A program made the position numbers and the translations under genes. Source: Bacteroidales bacterium (GTDB lineage Bacteria; Bacteroidota; Bacteroidia; Bacteroidales; JAADJA01). Taken from it: 61,725 nucleotides of DNA. The notes beneath the pieces were generated by a model, which was not told where the DNA came from, searched no databases, and worked only from the letters and a program-made list of their open reading frames with translations. The stretch lies in NCBI GenBank assembly GCA_047920975.1, contig JBLRXC010000003.1, forward strand, positions 1 through 61,725, in the 5' to 3' direction. This document shows positions 55,493 to 61,725 of the stretch, piece by piece (within the stretch, counting starts at the first letter, position 1; every line of letters starts with the position of its first letter).

Positions 55493-57220
55493 ATGATCAG
55501 AAAATCATATATCATATTATTCCTGCTGCTCCCGGTTTTTGTCATCTCGTGCAAAACCGCACCAAAAGGACAGGATAGACGCATTTCCAAAAAAGAACCG
55601 GTTTCTGTTTCCGATAACAGTGACCTTTTTATTGATGCCCATAAAGAGCTGATCCTTGGGAATATACTACAGGCCCAAAAGCTTTTTGAAAAATGTCTTG
55701 AGATTAATCCGGAAGATGCAGCCTCCATGTTTGAACTGGCCAAGATCTACATCAGCCGCAGGGAGTATGATACAGCGCTGGAATATCTTGAACAGGCGAA
55801 AACCATTGAGCCGAAAAATGTATACTATATGTCCCTCTATGGCAGCCTCCTTCAGGTTCAGGACCGGCACAATGAAGCAGCCATGGTGTATGAAGAAATG
55901 ATCAGACTCAAGCCCAATACACCCGAGTATTACGACAATCTCGCCTACTCTTACCTTTATGCCGGAAAACCCGACGAAGCCATCCGGGTTTATGAGGGTC
56001 TTGAAGAAAAGCTGGGTGTAAGTGAAGAGTATTCCATGAAGAAACAAACCATTTACCTTCAGGAGAATAAAATTGATGAAGCAGCCGCTGAAATTGAAAA
56101 ACTGATTGATTTATTTCCTCAGGAAACAAAATATTATGCCATCCTTGCCGAGATGTACCTGGCATACGATATGACTGATAAAGCGCTGGAAGCTTACAAT
56201 AAAGTAAAGAAGATCGATCCTGATGATCCCTATATTCATATTTCATTGGCAGATTTTTATAAGAAAACCGGGGAAGATGATAAGGCCTTTGAATCTCTGA
56301 TCAAGGGATTTGAGAACCCAAAACTGGAGATTGATTTTAAAATTTCGGTATTGCTTCGGTACTATTCAATCAATGAAATCTATTCCGACCTGAAAGAGGA
56401 GGCTTTTATCCTGGCTGAAGCCATGATAAGGGCTCATCCCGGCGATCCAAAGGCCTATTCGATGTATGGTGACTTCATGTTCCAGGATAAACAATATGAA
56501 AAAGCCCGTGATGCATTTTATAAGGTTATATCACTTGATAACAGTAAGTATATTGTTTGGGAGCAGCTCCTGTTTACCGAATCGGAACTGAATGAGGCCG
56601 ATAGTCTGTTAAAAACAAGTTTACAAGCCATTGAATTGTTTCCTGAACAACCCATTCCGTATCTTTTTGCCGGAAGTGCACATTATCTGAATAAAAACTG
56701 GGATGCATGCATTGCTGTACTGGAAGATGGGCTTTTTTATGTTGTGAATAATGACCTGCTCCTGGAGCAAATGTATGCTTATCTTGGAGATGCATATAAC
56801 CAGTTGCAAAACCACCAAAAATCAGATGAAGCCTATCAAAGGGCACTTGCCATCAACCCCAACAATGATTATGTCCTGAACAATTATGCCTACTACCTTT
56901 CACTTCGCAATGAAAATCTTGAAGAGGCGGCCAGAATGGCCAGGTTGTCAGTGGATCTGAAACCCGGATCGGCCAATCTTGATACCTATGGATGGGTGCT
57001 TTATAAAATGGGGAATTATAGTGAAGCCGGCCAATGGATTTTTAAAGCCATTGAAGCCGGTGGAGAAGAAAACCCGGTTATTCTTGAACATTACGGTGAT
57101 ATCCTCTGGCATCTTGACCGGCAACAGGAAGCCATTCAATGGTGGAATAAGGCACTTGATGCCGGAAAAGGCTCTGATTTGCTGGAAAAGAAAGTCGAAG
57201 ATCAGATGATGTATGAATAG
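55493..57220 (+). CDS. tetratricopeptide-repeat lipoprotein
   Basis: Lipobox PVFVISC, then multiple TPR-like A-x-x-x-Y/F...P repeats (ALEYLEQAKTIEPKN, AIRVYEGLEEKLG, AYQRALAINPNN). Confidence 0.8.
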   Translation: MIRKSYIILFLLLPVFVISCKTAPKGQDRRISKKEPVSVSDNSDLFIDAHKELILGNILQAQKLFEKCLEINPEDAASMFELAKIYISRREYDTALEYLEQAKTIEPKNVYYMSLYGSLLQVQDRHNEAAMVYEEMIRLKPNTPEYYDNLAYSYLYAGKPDEAIRVYEGLEEKLGVSEEYSMKKQTIYLQENKIDEAAAEIEKLIDLFPQETKYYAILAEMYLAYDMTDKALEAYNKVKKIDPDDPYIHISLADFYKKTGEDDKAFESLIKGFENPKLEIDFKISVLLRYYSINEIYSDLKEEAFILAEAMIRAHPGDPKAYSMYGDFMFQDKQYEKARDAFYKVISLDNSKYIVWEQLLFTESELNEADSLLKTSLQAIELFPEQPIPYLFAGSAHYLNKNWDACIAVLEDGLFYVVNNDLLLEQMYAYLGDAYNQLQNHQKSDEAYQRALAINPNNDYVLNNYAYYLSLRNENLEEAARMARLSVDLKPGSANLDTYGWVLYKMGNYSEAGQWIFKAIEAGGEENPVILEHYGDILWHLDRQQEAIQWWNKALDAGKGSDLLEKKVEDQMMYE

Positions 57221-58118
57221 GATGGGGTTTAAATTTGTTTTTAATCATGTGCTGAAGGCTGACCTGCGCAGGTTGCTTGTTTCTGTAATTTATCCGGTGA
57301 GGAATAATTTTTCTGCCACTCTGATTTTATTTCTTCTTTCAATACCCGTTTTTTATTCCTGTAAAACACACAGAAAGATTGTCAAAGAGCCCATCAAAGA
57401 GTATGGCGCAGACTATCTATTCACCAAACTTAAAGAGAATGAGTTCAGGTATGAATGGTTCTCCTCGAGGTTTAACCTGGATCTGACCATCGACAAAAAA
57501 AAGAATTCTCTGAGCGGTCAGATCCGAATGAAAAAAGACAGTGCACTTTGGGTAACCCTCTCACCTGCCCTTGGCGTCGAGATGGCCAGGGTACTCTTAA
57601 CACAGGACTCCGTGAAATTTTTTAACCGGATCAACAATACTTACTTTACAGGTGATTGGGCTATGGTGAATCATATGCTTCAAATGAATATAGATTTTGA
57701 TATTATTCAGGCACTCCTGATGGGGATTGACCTTACTTTTTATGAGGATGGTAAATTCAGAGCCTCATACGACAGCAAGGAATACAACCTGGTAACCTCA
57801 GGAAGGGGAAAGCTGAAAAAGTATGTCAAAAACCATGAGGATGATGAGCGTATCTATATCCAAAATATCTACCTGAATCCTGAGTCGTTTAAGATTACAA
57901 GCATGAAGATCAAGGAGATCAAAAAAGATAACAAGAAGCTTGATGCCATATACAGTAACTTCCGGCACGTCAACGATCAACTCTTTCCCCACCGTGTGAC
58001 CTATGACATCACTGCCGATTTTCCGATAAGGGTCGACATGACCTATTCAAGGATATCATCCGGAGGTGAGCTGAGCTTCCCTTTCAACATTCCTACTAAA
58101 TATGCTCCACTGCAATGA
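57213..58118 (+). CDS. DUF4292-like (LolB-fold) lipoprotein
   Basis: Lipobox PVFYSC. An 8-nt overlap with the TPR gene and an ATGA overlap with the next gene. The family is assigned from the recalled conserved dut-TPR-DUF4292-M23 neighbourhood. Confidence 0.5.
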   Translation: MNRMGFKFVFNHVLKADLRRLLVSVIYPVRNNFSATLILFLLSIPVFYSCKTHRKIVKEPIKEYGADYLFTKLKENEFRYEWFSSRFNLDLTIDKKKNSLSGQIRMKKDSALWVTLSPALGVEMARVLLTQDSVKFFNRINNTYFTGDWAMVNHMLQMNIDFDIIQALLMGIDLTFYEDGKFRASYDSKEYNLVTSGRGKLKKYVKNHEDDERIYIQNIYLNPESFKITSMKIKEIKKDNKKLDAIYSNFRHVNDQLFPHRVTYDITADFPIRVDMTYSRISSGGELSFPFNIPTKYAPLQ

Positions 58119-59389
58119 TAATATTTCGCAGCATAAGGATGAACGGGTTGGTAATGAGTAGTCTTCCGGCATTTTGTTTCAGATGGATTCTGCTTGCGGC
58201 CGCAGGTTGCATTTTTTTTGGGGTTCCTTTGATGCTGCATGCTCAGGAGAGGAAAACAAAACTTCAGGAAGAGATCAGGAAGATTGAGGAAGAGATCAAC
58301 TATTCTGAGAAACTTCTGGAGGAGACTAAAAAATCGAAAAGCACTACCATCAACCAACTGGTTATCATCAAAAACCAGATTGAGTCGCGTGAAAAGTTAA
58401 TTCGTTCGATACATGCTGAGATCAGCGCCATAGATAAGCAGATAGAGCAAAACAACAGGACTTTGCAAACCCTTCGGAGGGACCTGGAAAAAATGAAGGA
58501 GGAGTATGCCAGAATGATCTATTCTGCTTACAAGAACAGGAGTTCTTTCGACAGGCTGATGTTCATTTTTGCTGCCCGCGACTTCAACCAGGCCTATAAG
58601 CGCATCAAGTATTTCCAGCAATATACTGCTTACCGCAGAACCCAGGCCGGGTTGATTGAACAGACCCAGGTAGAAATCAATGAAAAAATAGCTGCCCTGG
58701 AGCAGAACCGCAAGGAAAAGATTGAACTGGCTTCGGTGTTGAAAGATGAACAAAACAAATTGTCGCATGAAAGGGAGACACAAAATGTTGTTTACAGAAA
58801 CCTGACTCAAAAAGAGAAGGATCTTTTAAAGAAGATCCGGGAAAATGAGAAAGCAGCTAAGAAGCTGCAGAATGAAATTGAAAAAATCATTGCCGAAGAG
58901 ATCAGGCTTGCTTCTAAAAAGGAGGGTACCACGACTTCGGGATTATTTGCCCTTACCCCCGCAGAACTCAAACTATCTGCTGATTTTGAGCAGAATCAGG
59001 GCGCTCTTCCCTGGCCTGTGGAGAGAGGGATAATTTCAGGTCATTTCGGAGAGCATCAGCATCCTGTCCTCAAGCAGGTAAAAACCAAAAACAATGGCAT
59101 AGACATTCTTACTGAACCAGGCATGGATGCACGCGCCATATTCGGTGGTGAGGTTACGCGTATCATGCTGATCCCAAACTACAATTATGTCATCATGATC
59201 CGGCATGGAGAATTTTTATCGGTTTATTCCAATATCGATGAGGTTTTTGTTGAACGGGGTGAAAAAATAGAGACCCGGCAAAAACTGGGAAGAATCCACT
59301 CCGATACAAAAGAATCTAAAACCGAACTTCACTTTGAGCTCTGGAAAGGCAAAACACTTTTAAACCCCGAAAGCTGGCTGGCAAAATAG
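58115..59389 (+). CDS. murein hydrolase activator EnvC-like coiled-coil + M23/LytM domain protein
   Basis: Long coiled coil (KLQEEIRKIEEEINYSEKLLEE...) followed by a LytM domain (NNGIDIL...ELHFELWKG). Confidence 0.8.
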   Translation: MIIFRSIRMNGLVMSSLPAFCFRWILLAAAGCIFFGVPLMLHAQERKTKLQEEIRKIEEEINYSEKLLEETKKSKSTTINQLVIIKNQIESREKLIRSIHAEISAIDKQIEQNNRTLQTLRRDLEKMKEEYARMIYSAYKNRSSFDRLMFIFAARDFNQAYKRIKYFQQYTAYRRTQAGLIEQTQVEINEKIAALEQNRKEKIELASVLKDEQNKLSHERETQNVVYRNLTQKEKDLLKKIRENEKAAKKLQNEIEKIIAEEIRLASKKEGTTTSGLFALTPAELKLSADFEQNQGALPWPVERGIISGHFGEHQHPVLKQVKTKNNGIDILTEPGMDARAIFGGEVTRIMLIPNYNYVIMIRHGEFLSVYSNIDEVFVERGEKIETRQKLGRIHSDTKESKTELHFELWKGKTLLNPESWLAK

Positions 59390-59404
59390 CCCTTCGCTGC
59401 CTGC

Positions 59405-61725
59405 CTAATAGTTAAAAACATCTTCCAACGTCAGGTCTACCACTTTGCCAAGATCTTTCAGTACATTTTCATCCACTTCATTCCTGTTACCCAGGATAAG
59501 AAAAGCGTAATTGTTTCCGCTGATGTATTTTGCGAAAAACTCACCAAAATCATCCATATCAACTGCCTGCACATATTCATACACATCCTTTCGGATATCA
59601 TAGTCAATGCCCTGGTCAAGATTACGCTGGTTTGTCCAAAAAATATTGGTCTTGATGATCCTTTCACTTTCAATTTGCTTCATCAGTGATTCCCTGGCCA
59701 GGTCAAACTGGTTTTGAGCCCTTGGCATGTTATTCATCAGGTTGAGAAGGGCAAATGTTGCATCACTCAATTTATCCGACTGGGTTCCGACAAAACCATA
59801 GATAAAGTTCGATTCATCCATTTTTGCAGGAATTGAAAAGGAGGAAAAAGCTGAATACGCTAATCCACGGGCCTCGCGGATCTCCTGAAATACTATGGAT
59901 GAGAGTCCCGAACCAAAATATTCACCAAAGAGACGGGCCGGTGGTATGATCGCTTTATCAAATGCCGGTCCTTTGGCCAGAAGCAGTATATTCACCTGAC
60001 TCATGTCGTAATGTACAAAGTATACGGTTGGCTCATCCGTTGATTGTTCAACAAATTTTACAGGATCAGGATAGGGTAGCAGAATTTCCGGAACCGTGTG
60101 GAACTTTTCAAGGACAGGAACCACTGCGGCCAGATCATCATCACCATAATAAAATATCCGGTGTTTATAGGAGTAAATCTCTTTGATCAGATCGGTCAGT
60201 CCTGAGGGCTGTATACTCATCAATTCATTGTTTGGTGTCCGGTGCGTGAAGGGGTTTTCCTTTCCATATTTTCCATAGTTGAATAATCCGCTCCACAAAA
60301 TGGTGTTTTTATTGAGTTTTGCGTCAGCCCGCCTTTTCAGGATGCCGTTCACATAATCTTCGTAAGCTTTTTCATCGGGCTGTACATTCGAAAGCAGATG
60401 TTCGAGCAGTTCAACCCCTTTTTCAAATGATTTTTTAATGCCGGTAATAAAAACATAACAGCGATCATCACTGGCAGAAACATTCAGCGAAAGGCCATAC
60501 CGGAAAAGTTCTTTTTGGAAATCTTCTGCCGAATACTGGTCTGTGCCGAGAAAAGGCAAATATTCAAAAGCAAGCGGCAGATGCAGGTTGTGGTTTTTCC
60601 CCATGTCAATAATGTACTGGAGCGTGAACAGTTCATTTGATTTGTTGTGGATGTAACTGATCTCAATGCCTGAGCTGAGGTTTTGGGTTGTGATCTCGCG
60701 CTCAAAATCAACAAATACAGGTTCCAGACTTTTGGATTCCATGGCAACGAACCGGGTATAAAAATCCGATTGTTCTTCACGGTTAATCTCAATGGGTGTG
60801 ATCCCGGGTTTTTCAACCTTCACAAGGTCTTTGTTTTCGCCTGTTCGTTTGTAAACAACTACATAATTGTCAGTGTATCTGCTCATGGCGAAATCCATCA
60901 GATCCTCCCTGGTGATTTTTTCAAGCTCGTCAAGAAAGCTAAGTCTGTCAGGATAAGGAATATCCTTGATGAAAACATCCACCAGCCTGAAGGCTCTTGA
61001 AAAATTATTCTCCACCGAACGGATTTCAGACAATCTGCGGTCATTGACCACCGCTTCCATCATCCAGTCATCGAATTCACCACTTTTTATCTTATCTATT
61101 TCAGCAAGAATCAGGTCTTTGACCTCTTCGAGCGATTGTCCCTGCCTTGGTCTTCCGGAAAAGTTATGAATACCGTAGTCTTTGTTGAAATAGGCATAAG
61201 AACCGGCTCTTAGCACCGTTTGTTTCTGGTTCAGGTTGAGGTCAATCAACCCTGCCTTATTGTTCGACAGAAGCATGTTGATCATGGTTACATACTTCTG
61301 GTCAGTCGTGTTGTCGCCATCAAAACGGAATGCAAGGGTCAGCGATTCGGCATCAGGACCGATCACCTCTTTTTCAACCGGACCTGCAACCGGTTCTTCT
61401 TTCGGGTGCTCAATGACCGGCAGATCAGTGTTGGGTTCCATGTTTCCAAAATGCTTGTCAATAAGAACAATCGCCTCTTCCGGATCGATATCGCCCGATA
61501 AAACAATAGCCATGTTGTTGGGTTTATACCAGGTATCGGCAAATTCATAGATTTTCACCTTGGAGGGATTCTTCAGGTGTTCGGGGAGTCCAATCACTGA
61601 CCTTCCGTAGGGATGATTGGGAAATAAAGCTTCCATCAATGCGATATTTACCCTTGATCTGTCCATGTCCTGGTACATATTATACTCTTCATAAACCGTT
61701 TCCAGCTCGGTATGAAACAGGCGCA
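59405..61725 (-). CDS. M16 (insulinase) family metallopeptidase, partial (5' end beyond window)
   Basis: The frame stays open upstream of the ORF-track Met to the window edge (...RLFHTELETVYEEYNMYQDMD). Repeated Peptidase_M16_C-like halves (HPYGRSVIGLPEHL; GLSSIVFQEIREARGLAYSA). The HxxEH site would lie outside the window. Confidence 0.6.
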   Translation of the reverse strand, partial: RLFHTELETVYEEYNMYQDMDRSRVNIALMEALFPNHPYGRSVIGLPEHLKNPSKVKIYEFADTWYKPNNMAIVLSGDIDPEEAIVLIDKHFGNMEPNTDLPVIEHPKEEPVAGPVEKEVIGPDAESLTLAFRFDGDNTTDQKYVTMINMLLSNNKAGLIDLNLNQKQTVLRAGSYAYFNKDYGIHNFSGRPRQGQSLEEVKDLILAEIDKIKSGEFDDWMMEAVVNDRRLSEIRSVENNFSRAFRLVDVFIKDIPYPDRLSFLDELEKITREDLMDFAMSRYTDNYVVVYKRTGENKDLVKVEKPGITPIEINREEQSDFYTRFVAMESKSLEPVFVDFEREITTQNLSSGIEISYIHNKSNELFTLQYIIDMGKNHNLHLPLAFEYLPFLGTDQYSAEDFQKELFRYGLSLNVSASDDRCYVFITGIKKSFEKGVELLEHLLSNVQPDEKAYEDYVNGILKRRADAKLNKNTILWSGLFNYGKYGKENPFTHRTPNNELMSIQPSGLTDLIKEIYSYKHRIFYYGDDDLAAVVPVLEKFHTVPEILLPYPDPVKFVEQSTDEPTVYFVHYDMSQVNILLLAKGPAFDKAIIPPARLFGEYFGSGLSSIVFQEIREARGLAYSAFSSFSIPAKMDESNFIYGFVGTQSDKLSDATFALLNLMNNMPRAQNQFDLARESLMKQIESERIIKTNIFWTNQRNLDQGIDYDIRKDVYEYVQAVDMDDFGEFFAKYISGNNYAFLILGNRNEVDENVLKDLGKVVDLTLEDVFNY

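Overview
This window is about 61.7 kb of a densely packed Bacteroidota-type chromosome. Supporting signs are T9SS C-terminal sorting domains, a TonB-dependent receptor + DUF4249 pair, an alternative complex III operon, a four-helix-bundle 'IVS-type' gene and TAnnTTTG-like promoter boxes. I call about 47 protein genes. By eye I recognised no rRNA, tRNA, CRISPR array, transposase or integrase; a tRNAscan/Infernal run is needed to confirm the RNA negatives.

Gene content, left to right:
- A secreted CotH-LTD protein (3' end off the window) plus a beta-helix T9SS cargo.
- wecB, radC and rpsT.
- A 910-aa membrane-anchored FG-GAP-like protein.
- A TonB receptor with DUF4249.
- An exported MsrB-MsrA fusion and an NAD(P)H-hydrate epimerase.
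- A complete alternative complex III operon (actA-B-C-D-F-E, 14235-22069, minus strand).
- A T9SS cargo and a small membrane protein.
- An N-terminally truncated KamA-family ORF followed by a CysJ-type diflavin reductase.
- An ~11.2 kb copper/silver-type resistance cluster (27246-38446). It holds an HMA-AraC regulator, a two-HMA fragment, a secreted HMA protein, a CPH-type P1B ATPase, an oversized CusA-like RND pump, TolC, a four-helix-bundle gene and a CusB-like adaptor.
- A LemA-TPM-TPM module, htpG, a cytochrome c, a DUF4920 protein and CaCA and NhaC antiporters.
- rseP, dxr, an M23 peptidase and an FtsX/MacB-type permease.
- Threonine aldolase, then the dut-TPR-DUF4292-EnvC block.
- A partial M16 peptidase (5' end off the window).

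Most of the window is ordinary housekeeping. I found no convincing new multi-gene system: nothing defence-like, no toxin-antitoxin module, no mobile-element hallmarks.

The best leads are modest:
1. The four-helix-bundle gene inside the cus operon is bracketed by inverted arrays of an ATCAGCA[A/C] 8-mer. One array lies inside the cusB coding sequence.
2. The KamA-like ORF begins where the radical-SAM cysteine motif should be, and it is tightly coupled to an orphan diflavin reductase.
3. The metal cluster shows signs of rearrangement: a CopA N-terminal fragment and a CusA with extra transmembrane helices.
4. The ACIII operon has swapped actE/actF order and a six-heme ActA.

All homology calls come from motif recognition by eye, not from database searches.
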